DNA of 64,000 nt. It comes from Antechinus flavipes (Eukaryota). The stretch spans positions 83,328,001-83,392,000 of the forward strand of contig NC_067398.1 of assembly GCF_016432865.1 (NCBI RefSeq), written 5' to 3'. Each line of letters opens with the position of its first letter. Position 1 is the first letter of the stretch. Positions 1 to 28,260 of the stretch are shown here, piece by piece. A model generated the notes under the pieces. That model was not told where the DNA came from and did no database searches. It saw nothing but the letters and a program-made list of their open reading frames with translations. Position numbers and translations under genes: made by a program.

Positions 1-216
1 CCGGGGCCGGGGGGACATGTCGGACCACTTTGCCTTTGCCACCTTCTTCCCCGAAATCCTGCAGCCTGTCGTGGCCCTGGTGGCAAACCTGGTGCACGGC
101 TTGCTGGTGAAGGTGCGAGTCTGCAGAAAGACTGTGAAGCGCTATGATGTAGGGGCGCCTTCCTCCATCACCATCAGCCTCCCGGGCACAGACCCTCAGG
201 ATGCCGAGCGCAGAAG
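1..216 (+). CDS. TMEM115: TMEM115 coding exon 1 (partial)
   Basis: ORF 17..220 frame; donor GT at 217. Confidence 0.96.
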
Positions 217-3200
217 GTAGGCCTCAGCAGTCCGTGCCCCTCGCTTTTCGGGTGGAAAAGCCCAGGCCTCAGACTGCAATAGGTGCCCACGGTCAAGGGT
301 GCCGGGCTAGGGTACAAACCTCCGTTCCCAAGGCCTGGTCCCCTCAGGGCTTCCCTCCCAGGGGGTTAGGCACTCGGGCCCATCTTTCCTTTTTCTAAAA
401 CATTGGTTTTACATACCATTTTGCCCAGAGCTGAAGCTCCAACATAGAAACTACCATGCCCTCGTTCTTTTAGTGTTGGGAATCTGGGGGAAACTGGAAA
501 CATAACCTGAACGTTTTTGAGTCTAGGAGGAAGCTGAATAGCCTGTCCAGAATGATCACTGGCCTTAGGGTTGTTGCCCCCTGAGATCCTGGTTCTCTTT
601 GAGAGAGTGAGACCCGAGTTTATGTTCTAACTACCAGGGGCTCAGCAGGTGACCTGGACTTTGCTCTTGGCCTGTCTCCTTGTCTGAAAAATGTGAGAAT
701 TGCCTAATGTCAAGTGGATAGTAAGTGTGAACCTAGAGCATAATGACTTGGTGTCCTCAGAAGCAACGGCCTCAGCCCCTCCATCCTCTCTGTGCTCCCT
801 CCAGCTCATAGATTTTGTGACTCTCAGGTTTTGGTCAGTGCATCCGATAGAAGCCCTGTAGGAGAACTAGGGCTCACCAATCTCCGAACTCTGCTGTTAT
901 TAGTTTCTTTCCAGTTCTAGGTTCACCTAAATAGTCACATGTTCAGGCTTTCGAGTTTTTCAGTTGAATTCATTGCCTATAGACTTGAAAGCCTGGGGTA
1001 TTGCCAGAAAGTTCTCTCTATTGACAGGTAAAATTTGTTGCTTTGTTTCTCCCCTGAGCTCCCTAGGGGATAGACAGATCCATTGAATAAATCAGCTGTT
1101 TCTGCCACCCCTGGAAAAACTGCTGTTTCACTTCCTGTAAACCAAGCTAAGTTTCAGTTACATTATTCACACTTACATAAAATCATAGCCTTCCCGTTCC
1201 CTGGTAATTAGCCTCCAAGTAGGACAAAGAACCCTCCCTTCCCCAACTATATCAACTTCATATCTCACCCACCTTCAAACTTCATTCTCGATGATCCATC
1301 CCTTTGGAACAATCATTTGGGGTCAGGGCCTAAAATAGTGATAAAGTGCTTTCCTTTACTTTCACTGATCGCCCAACTCTCAGAAACAGATATCAGTGTA
1401 GCTTGTCCCATTTGACCAGAGGAAATTGGAATTCAGAAGAGAAATAATATCTTGGTCAAGATCACCCAGCAAGAGTGTGTCAGAACTAGGACAGGAGTCC
1501 AGGTCCTAGTACTCTGGTTTGCTACAAAAAACATTTATTTAAATATGAAACAAACATCTTGACAAGAATGCTAAGTAGGTTGATTTTGTTTTTCATTTTA
1601 AGTTAAACTTCATTTTGGTTGTACTGGGAGAGTTGTATGGCTTGGTTCTAGCATTTCTGTAACCCAGAGCAGAGGTCAGACCTGACCTCCCCTGGAGAGG
1701 CTTAAGGGTGGGACCAGTAAACATTTTTCCCTCTACCCTGGAGCCTAAAGCTATTCTTTTTTCTGAGGAAAAGATTCTTAGAATAGTATTTAAAACCTGT
1801 TCCCAGTCTCAGTCTACCCCTCTCAGCATTTCTTTCCCTATCTAGGTAAGACCAAGAACAGACAAGACTTTTTCCATCCCAGCTGTGTGGCAAAGACAGA
1901 CCTGACAGTTACTTGTTCTCTTCTGGCTGGGAATTTCAGGGTCTGAAATGGGTTGGAGAACTTTTGGGCAAGCTTAGTGTACGTGTCCACAGAACACATA
2001 CAGGAAGAGGCTTAAGGAGCAGGTGAGGGTGGTAGCACTGTGGACTTTAGCATCTGCCCTTCCTGATCCCAGCTGTCACTTGTTGGTTAAGTAGTTTCAC
2101 CTGGCTCTGGCTGGATCTAGGGAGGCTATCAAGGTCACAGGATAGTTTAGGGAAATACAGGCATCTGTATCTAAACTTCCTGAGAGACCGCTGGAGCAGC
2201 TCGTGCTTATTCATTCGCTTCTGAGGGTCATATTTAGTTGGGCCTCTTAGAGACAAGCTGGGCATGCTCTGTGTAAGCTCTGGGGACTAGTCTGAATACA
2301 GGCAGTTAGCAGAACCTCTGGGCCCCAGGTTTCTCATCTCTAAAACAGGGATACTACTACTTGGACAGTCAGTGTTTTACAGCTGTTGGAAAGTATTTTG
2401 TCAATCTTAAAGTACTATAGAAATAGCAGTTATTACCCCTCTGCCTCAAACTCAATGTCGTAATAACTGACTAGAGACCACCCTGCTCCAGGGAAGCCAT
2501 AGGAAATGACAGGAGGAGCAAGGAAAGCAGCACATTGTTTCCCTCAAATGGAAACCAAGGCCCAGAGAGGGATTTGTCTAAGCTCATATTGGCAAGTAAC
2601 AAAACTTAGATCAAAGATACTTTCCTGTCCCCAAAATCTTGCATTGCTTTTTAATAGCCTTAGGAAGCACCATCGAGCTAAGTATTGGGGCTATTAAAGA
2701 TACTGGACTACAACAGGGGACACCCCACCCCGACCCCCACCCCCACCCCCCGGACTAGAAGGGAAATACTTGTCACAGCTTTGCTTGTGAGGCTGGAAGA
2801 GGAGGCTGTCTTCCATTTCCCTTTGGACTCTGTCCTGATGCCCAGGGCTCAGAGGGCCTGATTCCTTGTTCCTGACTCTTGGCAAAGGAGGCTCAGCCAG
2901 CAGCATCTAAATAGTGGTGTCTGAGCCCTGGAAGTCACCCAAGGAATGTTTGACACTGGCAAGGCCTAGAATAGAGTTGGTTTCTCCTGAGAGATAACAC
3001 ATGTTACAAGAGCTTTGGGGTCTTCCAAGCCTGCAGCTGCTTGTCAATTTATTTGCAGTCAATAGTCACACTTCCAAAGTGTTCACTAGAGGACACACTC
3101 CAAGGGCCCTTTCTAACTTTTTGTTTCCATCTCATTTCATCTTGTCCAAAGGGCTCCTTACTACACCCCCCAGAGCTCAGAGCATATCTGTCCCACAGGA

Positions 3201-4051
3201 CTTAGCACTGAAGGGACTCTACCCAACCCCCAGGACTGTATACCAAGGAACCAGGAACCTCCACAGTGTCTGCCTTAGCTAGGAAACTTCCACTGCAGAA
3301 TGGCCTGGGCAGTCAGGGAAGGAGAGATGGCCAAGATTCTGAGCCAGTGGAGGGACACACCCAGGCTCAGGCTGATGGGGTAGAGTGATTGTTTTATAAG
3401 GTGCCCTTCTGATCCCCATGGCAGCTTGAGCAGCTCATAGAAGTATCTCCTCACTTTGCAAATGGGAAAGCCAAGCTCAGAGAGACTGCGATTGGCCCAG
3501 TTACCCTCATAAGACATTGCAGGATCAGCTTTCAATTTCAGTGTTCTTCCTGCTAAATCAGGGCAAGACATTTGTTCCCACTATCCCAGCACAGCACCTG
3601 GCTGCCTATATACACACTCATCATTGACCAGCTTGACCTAAAATGATTGATTAGAAAAGGAGCTAATAATTTTCAGAGTGGCAAAAACATAATTGAGTTA
3701 TGATCAGAGGTATGGATGGGATACGCTAGATTTTGTAAAAAAGAAGCCAAGATTCAGGAAGAGAGGGCTCTGGGAGCCAGCCCAGAGACCTAGATGTAGC
3801 CAAGGCCTGGCCCTCTGGTAATATTCCCATGTCTTTTCTTCTGCAGGCAGCTGGCCCTGAAGGCCCTAAATGAGCGTTTGAAGCGAGTAGAAGACCAGTC
3901 TGCCTGGCCCAGCATGGAGGATGAGGAGGATGAGCCTTCGAGCAAGGTGGACAGCCCCCTGCTCCCTGAGAAAAGTCCCAACCCCTCTGGGAAAGGGGCT
4001 GCCCCTGAATCCAGCCTGATCACCTTTGAGGAAGCCCCTCCCCAGCTATAA
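1..4051 (+). CDS. TMEM115: TMEM115, 3' part (5' end outside window); CDS join(<1..216,3847..4051)
   Basis: RGRGDMSDHFAFATFFPEILQPVV...DPQDAERR joins R-QLALKALNERLKRVEDQ...EEAPPQL*, matching the recalled human TMEM115 C-terminus; AG|GTAG donor, CAG acceptor, phase consistent. Confidence 0.96.
3847..4051 (+). CDS. TMEM115: TMEM115 last coding exon
   Basis: ttttcttctgcag acceptor; QLALKALNERLK...; TAA at 4049-4051. Confidence 0.96.
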
Positions 4052-4767
4052 TTCCGACTTCCCAGCCTAAGGGCACATTCCCTTTCCCCAGCCTGGTCAG
4101 TAGTCACACCATTTGGGCCACCCTGCTGCCTCTCCCGCTCAGCTACACACAGAAGCTGACTGCTTCCCAAGGAGAGAAGGCAAAGAGGGAAGCCTTTTTA
4201 GGTCCATGGGGTCGCACTGTGTGCTGATTCTTCTGGACATGTGGCCCCTACCAACACCATGCCCCTAAGGCCTGGCTCACCCACCAGATAACCACTAAGT
4301 CCAGGAGCAGGGAGCATGTGGCCCGAGGCCTGGCCCAAGTTTCAGCCTCATGATCCCAGTTGACTGGTTTGGAAACCAGATCCAGTGGGTTAACCTTATT
4401 CCTCCGATTCTGTGGCAGATCTTTCTTAGTAGAGCAGTCCCTCTTCCTGGCCTCTGCTACCAGGCAAAGATTTGTCAAAAAAGAATTCTGGGGATCCTAG
4501 CAGCAGGCCCAAGGCTGGATGTGACAAGGCCAGTTCCAGGGCACCTCTGCCACCCTGCCATTCCTCACCCCTCCACCCCAGAGACATGTTAGTATTGCAG
4601 TTTGGTTTTCCCTCGGCTGGGGTTGGGCAGTACATGAGTGACGCTGGCACGGCCTTCATCCCCAGATCTGGGGTCTCTCCAGAACAGGCACTTCTGTTGG
4701 GGTTAAAATTCATGGGGGTTATTTTTTAAAAGGACCACTTGAATGGGGAGCCTGGACTCTCAGTATA

Positions 4768-4773
4768 AATAAA
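4768..4773 (+). terminator. Probable TMEM115 polyadenylation signal AATAAA
   Basis: AATAAA about 720 nt after the stop, followed by U/GU-rich sequence. Confidence 0.7.
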
Positions 4774-6042
4774 GCAGTTCTTTGAGGACTGGCTCTTGGT
4801 GGCTTTGTCCTAAGCACGTGCCTCATTAAGCAGTTGTTGAAGCACAGCCTCCCCAGGACCCACAAGACTGCAGACTGCATCCTGGGTTGCTGCTTTTGTT
4901 CCCCACTGCTCTTGTGCTGTTGGAATGGAGACGACCACCACCGCCCCCCATTCTCTTCTACTCTGTTTTCATCTTACCGACTTATTTTTACTCCTCATTC
5001 CTCAAACCTCTACATTTTCCTTCTTATGGCTTTCCATGACTTCTGCTCCTCTGCTGCCTCCGAGAGAAGAGTAGATCTAATTTAGGACCCATTAACGCTT
5101 CTTGTTCATGTCTTCTTGATCTTTCTTTCTTTTGGAAGAGACTCGGCTACCTGCATATTGATAGGAAATAGATGCCAAGACTCTGCATTGACCACAGGTA
5201 ACATCCCCTCTACCCATTATCCTCTAGTGTGAGGGGTTATTGGGCGAGTTCTTTTCTCCATCTTGCCATATCCTACCCACAGCCCAGCTGTGGGCTATTT
5301 CATTAAAACTAACCTGTACAGGTTAGTATAGAGGGAATTTTGTAACTGGTCCCGCTCATTTCTGCCCACAACTTATCCAGGCACTAACTCTTAAATGGGT
5401 AAAATACCAATTATCTGCACACAGATAGGTAGATAGAAGAGCTTTATAGGAAGTACAAGAACACATCTTTAACTCCTTGACATTACCCTCCCACTATCCC
5501 TGCTTCCTAGCAGGTTCTTCTCAGGCCTCCCTGATCCCCATTGGTCAGCATGGGGAAGTTGCTCGGTCCTCAGGAGCCAAGGCCTAGCAGCAGTGTCATC
5601 CCAAATATCACTGCTACTCCCGAGAAAAAGGTGAAGCACCTGGCCCAAATGATTTCTTCATACAAATGGTACCTATAAGAATCAACTGTGACTTGGAGCT
5701 CTTCCCCTACCTCTTTCCATTGTTACTTTCCCCCCACTTTTTTGCAAACACTGATAAGAGTCTAAAAGATGAACAGAAGAGGCAAGCAGGCTGCCAGTAG
5801 TCCATCCATGTGCTCACATATCTCTTCATAGTGGCAGGAAGACTAGGCAGTCTCTGTATATGGGGCACTGAGCACCCTTCCTCGGTACACATCTCTTCTG
5901 CCTGTCCCCCAAAGGGACGATGCATGGCCCAGGCCCGCCCGGTGTCAGGAGAACCGAGAGTCCAGCAGCACCGCGAGCAGCTGCTTCTGGGCAGAACGCA
6001 GGACGCTGCAGGGGGAAGAGTAGCACATGGGGGATGCCTCCT

Positions 6043-6546
6043 TCACGGCTGGATCCTCTTGCGGTACAAGTAGGCGTTGCTCACCTGATTCATGACCACC
6101 AGGCTGGTAAGAATGGGACAGAGAGCAGCCAGATACCAGGCACCACCCACCAGTGTGGTGGTGAACCAAAGGGAGCACATGCCCAAGAGGAGACTAGTAC
6201 TTCCCAGCAGGTAACCCACCAGCCCTGAGGTGGCGTGATACAGCTTCAGCTTGGCCAGTGGCCACCGTGGGAGCAGCTTGGGGTAGAGCAGCACTAGCCC
6301 ACCTGTGCACTGCAGCCCGGCCCACAGCACTGACAGCAGCCCTGCCCACCCATGCCATGTAGCCAAGTGAACTTTGCCCTGCTGTTCCTTGTTGTAGACA
6401 ATCAGGCCCAGGCCCAGCAGGGCACACAGCAGGGCCAGCAGCTGCAGGGCCCAGTGGCATCGTGCCCGGCCCTTTCGAGAGAAGGATCGCAACAAGGAGC
6501 TCTCTGGGGAGAAGACCAGCAGCGCTTCTGTCATCAGGAAGGAGAA
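6043..6546 (-). CDS. CYB561D2: CYB561D2 last coding exon
   Basis: ORF 6043..6534 extended to the ccccag acceptor. Confidence 0.97.
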   Translation of the reverse strand, partial: FSFLMTEALLVFSPESSLLRSFSRKGRARCHWALQLLALLCALLGLGLIVYNKEQQGKVHLATWHGWAGLLSVLWAGLQCTGGLVLLYPKLLPRWPLAKLKLYHATSGLVGYLLGSTSLLLGMCSLWFTTTLVGGAWYLAALCPILTSLVVMNQVSNAYLYRKRIQP

Positions 6547-7126
6547 CTGGGGAGACAGTTAGGACCAGTGTTCAACTACCAAACTAACAAAAGAGATTTA
6601 GCAGGAGAAGATCCAAGGAGCAAACAAGCCAAACATTTCTATGTGGCTCTGAAATTCAGGCTATTTCACAATGGTTCAAATGGCCTTCCGGATGCTACCC
6701 AACTCAAGCTGGTATTATGAATTTGTCTTCCTTGACCTCGGGCTGAACTGAAGTGCTGGAAAGATTTAAGGTAGAGCTAGCAATGAATTAAGCTTGTGTT
6801 CCATTGAATCCACCTGCAGATAGTCAAGACTTAACCTTACCACAAATTTTCCTTTTTAATTCAACAAAATATTTCTTTGGTCCTTTTTGAAATATTACCT
6901 CTGAAAACACACACACAAACAGGACTGTAGCAACCCAGAACAAAAAGCCTCAACTCTAAATGATGAATTTGGTTCACATCCCCAGTGTGAGACTGATATG
7001 GGATAGATATTGTTACATCTGGTAAATCAGCTCGCTAGGAACAGTATTTCAGGGAAAATGAGATGACATGTAATAGACTAAATTAAGGGGCCTGTAATAG
7101 ACTAAATTAAGTGCATTTCTGTGTGT

Positions 7127-7190
<64 letters not shown>

Positions 7191-8353
7191 AAATGGCAAC
7201 TTATACACTTTAAGTGAGCTGGTAAGTTGCACAGCAAGCACTGTAAACTTCTAACACTAGGGACAAGCACAACCACAGGAATGAGTCATGGCGGGTTAGA
7301 AATGTTCATCCCAAATCCACCTTCCCTGTTATCCAAGGCCCGCACTCCTCCCATCCCCGCTGGGCCATCCAAGCCACAGACCAAATAGGAAAAGGGTTAC
7401 TTACAGCCAAAGACATAAGCACTGGGTGCCACGAGAACAGACCTGGAAAAAGAAGGAAGGCTGCAACTAAAAGTGGTCTAAACAGAAGTGGGCAGGCACT
7501 CCCTGCAAATGGGGACGTGAAATTCTAGCCCAGGACAGCTGGAGGAGATCAGAGGACTAGGAAGAGCATCCCAGACTCCCATCTCCCAGAGGTCTCAATG
7601 AACTGGAGACCAAACAAAACCTCCCACCACCCATTTTCCTCTGAAGACAGGAGCCCCAGGCTGGCTCCAACCTTGCAGTCTCCTCCAGACACCTACCCAA
7701 GAAGCTAGATACAACTCTCGGGAGTCCTGGAAGTAGCCCTGGCCAAAGGACCCTCAAGTCCACCGTTCTGCTCAGCCTTTCTCACAAGGAGGGAGGACCC
7801 ATCCTTCAAGAAGTGCTGCGAACGGCGGGCCAAGTGAAAGCTGATCTCCAAACTCCCTTCGGCCTCGATATCCGATGACCCGGATACCTGGGGCTGATCC
7901 ACGACCCGGGTAGAATCTGGCTCCTCCCCCACAGGGAGCAGGGAAAAGGCCCCTGCGACATGGGTGGGGACCCGGCTCCGAGGATCCACAAGTAGCGGGG
8001 CTGGGTCACACCAGCCAAGGATGCCAGGGTCAGAAAGTCTGGCAAAGAGTATTTCCTGCCGGAATGCGCCGGCCTGTGGCCAGCTGGACCCAACCCAACA
8101 CACCTCCCTGGGACCCCCCCCGCGGGGGAGTGGGAGGGATGAAGCGGGACATCCCAGGGCTCGCTCCTTTCCGAATCACCGCCTGGTCCTCGGCCAATTG
8201 GTGCCCTCTGACCCCATCCCACTTACTAGAGCCGGGCCGGGCCAGCACGGCTACAAAGACCGTGAAGCCCAGGGCTACGAGGTGGGCGGCGGCTCCCGAA
8301 GCGGTGCGCAGGCCCCGGTAGATACGCGACTCAGTCTCCACGGTCAGAGCCAT
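6043..8353 (-). CDS. CYB561D2: Cytochrome b561 family member D2; CDS complement join(8227..8353,7405..7442,6043..6546), 222 aa
   Basis: [12 protein letters not shown]...[32 protein letters not shown]...YRKRIQP*; 127+38+504=669 nt; the four heme-ligand His (SWH, RCHW, TWHG, LYHA) are present. Confidence 0.97.
7119..7184. repeat. Compound (TG)n(TA)n microsatellite, preceded by a 19-bp direct repeat TGTAATAGACTAAATTAAG (7069-7087, 7093-7111)
   Basis: Read directly from sequence. Confidence 0.95.
7405..7442 (-). CDS. CYB561D2: CYB561D2 38-nt coding exon
   Basis: ttttccag|GT CTG TTC TCG TGG CAC...GCT|gtaagt. Confidence 0.95.
8227..8353 (-). CDS. CYB561D2: CYB561D2 first coding exon
   Basis: ATG at 8353; donor gtaagt at 8226. 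Confidence 0.95.
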
Positions 8354-8675
8354 GTCCCGAGGTGCCGAAATGGTCTTAGGGCTCGGGGCCCAAAAGCCGT
8401 TCCCCAGGGAAGTCTTCGCAGCCTCTAGGGACCTGGCCGGAATAGACAGGCCGGCGTCAGGAACACCAGGCAAAGCTAAGCAAGGTTCAGTGCGACAGGC
8501 AAGCCGAATGCTCCCAGGTAGGATGCTGGTGAAGGGCCGTAAGGACTACGAATTCCAAGATGCACCGCGCTGGCGCGGGCCCAAGAAATCTTAAAGTCAA
8601 TTGCAGGGGAAGGTGGGAGGAGTAGTTCTCTAGTCATAGTCGGGTTATCCGAACAGAGAGCCCTGAGCCACCAGG

Positions 8676-8697
8676 AAGCATTTTGGGAATTGTAGTT
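8676..8697 (-). promoter_or_regulatory. ZNF143/THAP11 (SBS) motif AACTACAATTCCCAAAATGC
   Basis: Exact ACTACAATTCCCA core at 8684-8696 on the minus strand; typical of bidirectional promoters. Confidence 0.75.
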
Positions 8698-8786
8698 AAC
8701 CCTTTCACCCCGCGACCACAGTCCCACAACACGCCGCAGACTGCCTGAATGCAATTCGTATCCATTCCAGAATTCCCCAGGCTCAC

Positions 8787-8860
8787 CTGCCTACTCGGCC
8801 CAGGGTCTTCCGGCTTCTAACAGGAAGTTTCGGAAGAGAACTACTCTACCACTTCCGCGG
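8787..8860 (-). other. CYB561D2: Probable non-coding first exon of CYB561D2 (5' end approximate)
   Basis: Strong CAG|GTGAGC donor on the minus strand at 8787/8786 next to the ETS cluster. Confidence 0.5.
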
Positions 8861-9123
8861 AGCGGGGCTCATTTCCGGTGCAACTTCCTCCAATCCGGAA
8901 CTTGCGCCAAGACGAGTCTCTGGGGCCCTTCCTTAGAACGTAGTGCGCAGACTCCCGGATCTTCTTGGAGAGTGGGCGGGGCAAGGCTAGGCTCGCGCGC
9001 TGCCTGCTACTACGCAGGCGTCCTCAGGAGCCGGCTCTTTTTCTGTACTAATTCAGGTAGGGTATTGGTGGAGGTGGGAGTCGCGGGAGTTGCAGAGCTT
9101 GGGGGGTTCCGGGAGCCCCCTAA

Positions 9124-15275
<6,152 letters not shown>

Positions 15276-15366
15276 AATCCCTGCGGACGGGCGCCGCAGC
15301 AGCCCGCACCCCCCACAGCCTGCGTGGGAGCCTCGGGGGCTTCGGGACTCTCGGCCGGGCTGGGTC

Positions 15367-15372
15367 AATAAA
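15367..15372 (+). terminator. NPRL2 polyadenylation signal AATAAA
   Basis: 92 nt after the stop, followed by a U-rich tract. Confidence 0.85.
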
Positions 15373-15458
15373 GCGTCTTTTCTGTCTTCCGGCTCGGTCT
15401 CCTGCCTTTCCCTCGGTGTCCAGCAGGGGCCGCCATCACACGAGCCCCAGACGCTTTT

Positions 15459-15472
15459 GTTTCCGTGGCAAC
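15459..15472 (+). promoter_or_regulatory. RFX X-box GTTTCCGTGGCAAC in the ZMYND10 promoter
   Basis: Near-palindromic X-box match 125 nt upstream of the ATG of a motile-cilia gene. Confidence 0.75.
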
Positions 15473-15515
15473 GGCGACGCTAGTCTTTCCAACCGCTTTT
15501 CTTTTCAACTACTGA

Positions 15516-26319
<10,804 letters not shown>

Positions 26320-26899
26320 CTGCAACTGCTGCTGGTTTCCCCTTGTGGTATCCCATCGTGCCAAGCCCCCACCCACCCAAGGCCCCAGAGTGCCCCACTA
26401 TGCTAGCTATGTGCCCCTCCCTCCCACCCCCACATCCATTAGCATCTGCTCAGACTGGTCCACAGGCTCCCATCTCAGGCAGCGGCCCTGCTTGCTCTTT
26501 CCCCTGCCGGGTCTGAATCCCTGGTAACCCATTCGTTGTCTGCTAGCCCCGCAGCTCCCAGCTTGGGCCTCAGCTCTCCGGACTGCCCAGAATCCATGAG
26601 ACTAGAACAGAGGATGGGTCCTCTGACTCCTGGGAGCGGGCAGGACACTGCAGGCGCTTTCTTGCCCCGGGGGAGGGAGAGGGGGGATTCTAGGGGAGTG
26701 AGTGCTCATAGGCGCCGAGAGAAGGGAGGGAGGGAGGGAGGGAGGACGGTTTCTGAGACTTGCCTCCGCTTTCTGAGAGTCTGTGGCAGGAAAGTGCGGA
26801 TGTGGGGTACCTTCTTCCTTTCTGTAAAGCACAGTAAATGGTTTCTTTTAAGAAGCTTCTGTCTGTCTACAGCGCTGAACCGGCCTCCCGGCCCCCCCT

Positions 26900-28260
26900 C
26901 TCTTCTGGCCTGCCTAGTAATGGGATGGGGACGGATTTGGAAGAGGGCTGAGGCTGCTTCCTGTAGGGCCAGGCTCTGCCTCGGAGGGAAAGGGAAGGAG
27001 GGGAAAGCCACAGCGGAGAGCCGGCGGGATGCTGCACTCGGAGGGGCCTCCTCCTGAACCCCTTTTCGGGCCAAGGCCAGCTCGGAGCACTGCCCCGTTC
27101 GGCTTCAGGGCTTCTAAGATCCAACTTCCTTCCCTTGTTGGGGGGTGAGGGACGGCACAAACATTCTCACACCACTGCCCCATCTTTCTAGGAGACGATG
27201 TGTCCGCCTGCGGCTCCTTCGCCCCAACTTGCACGTTTCGGGTCTGTGCGGCTGATCCCCTCCCCTCCAGTTGGTCCCTCCCCACACTAGTTTCCCGCCC
27301 CCGAGTCAAAGGCAGAATTCTGCCAGCCCCCCTCCTGGACTCTAGTTTCCATTGCGTAGCTTTGGCTAAGGAGATCGCGGCAAACGGAGGCTGGGCCCCT
27401 GGGGTGGGGCGGGGCCGGTTCCCGGTGGGGGCCGGGGGCCGGGGGCCGGGGACGGGCGGACTCCTGCCTCCGAAGGCGTAAGGAGTTGGAAGGGGTGGCT
27501 CCGCCCTAATCGTGCTCCTGCTGCTGCTCTAAGACCTCTGGGACCCACGGACAGGAGGAGGAGGCAGAAACCTCCGCTGCCCATCCCAGGAGGGGCAGGG
27601 CCAAGGCGAGGGAGCCCCGGGCACCGAAAGGGGCCGAGAGCCAAAGCGCTGAGCGGTCCCCGGAGCCCGAGAGGCAAAGAGCAAGACGAACTGAGAACTC
27701 CAGAGAAGAGGCAGAAGTTGGACTTAGGTTTAGGGGGAGGGGAGGGCGGGAAGGCAGTGGAGACCGAAGCAGTAACTGTCCCACCTAAAGAGCTCTGAGA
27801 GGAGGAGTGACCAAAAGAGACAGGGCTCCCCCTGGCCGGCTAGAGTCGAGGCTTTGCTGCTCCGCGGCCGGCCACGGGCGCGTCCCGGGATCCCTGGAAA
27901 GGCAGCGATGGCTGCGGAACCGGAGCTGATTGAGTTAAAGAACTTGGTCCGCTACCCCGACGGGCTGCGGGGGCAGGAGACTGGCCGGAGTCCGGGCCCT
28001 AGGAGTCCAGGCCGGCTGGAGCGCGCCAATGCGCTGCGCATCACCCCGGGCCGCGGCCCTGACGTGCTGCCCCGCGGCCGTCAAGTCCGGCTGCTGGGCG
28101 GCCACAGCGATCCCCGACTCACCGCGGGACCGGGCCGGGGCCACTGCTTCCGCCCATCGGGACCCGGCACCCACACTTGGTGCGACCTCTGTGGGGACTT
28201 CATCTGGGGCGTCATTCGCAAGGGCCTGCAATGCGTCCGTGAGTACCGGGGTCTCTAAAT
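26900..28260. promoter_or_regulatory. RASSF1A CpG island / promoter
   Basis: CpG-dense; GC box GGGGCGGGGC at 27406-27415; covers exon 1-alpha. Confidence 0.88.
27908..28238 (+). CDS. RASSF1: RASSF1A exon 1-alpha (N-terminus and first half of the C1 domain)
   Basis: MAAEPELIEL...RLERANALRI...GHCF...THTWCDLCGDFIWGVIRKGLQCV; donor C|GTGAGT, phase 1. Confidence 0.95.

Noticed and set aside
7705-8594. Several 80-154 aa ORFs on both strands in the CYB561D2 island
   Set aside because: Stop-poor GC-rich DNA; only 8227-8353 matches a known protein
26536-27784. Multiple 90-173 aa ORFs between ZMYND10 and RASSF1A
   Set aside because: Low-complexity CpG-island ORFs without splice or domain support; a non-coding antisense RNA cannot be judged from sequence
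27854-27907. TTG-initiated in-frame extension of RASSF1A
   Set aside because: Non-AUG start, 18 codons of GC-rich sequence, and the ATG at 27908 matches the human start
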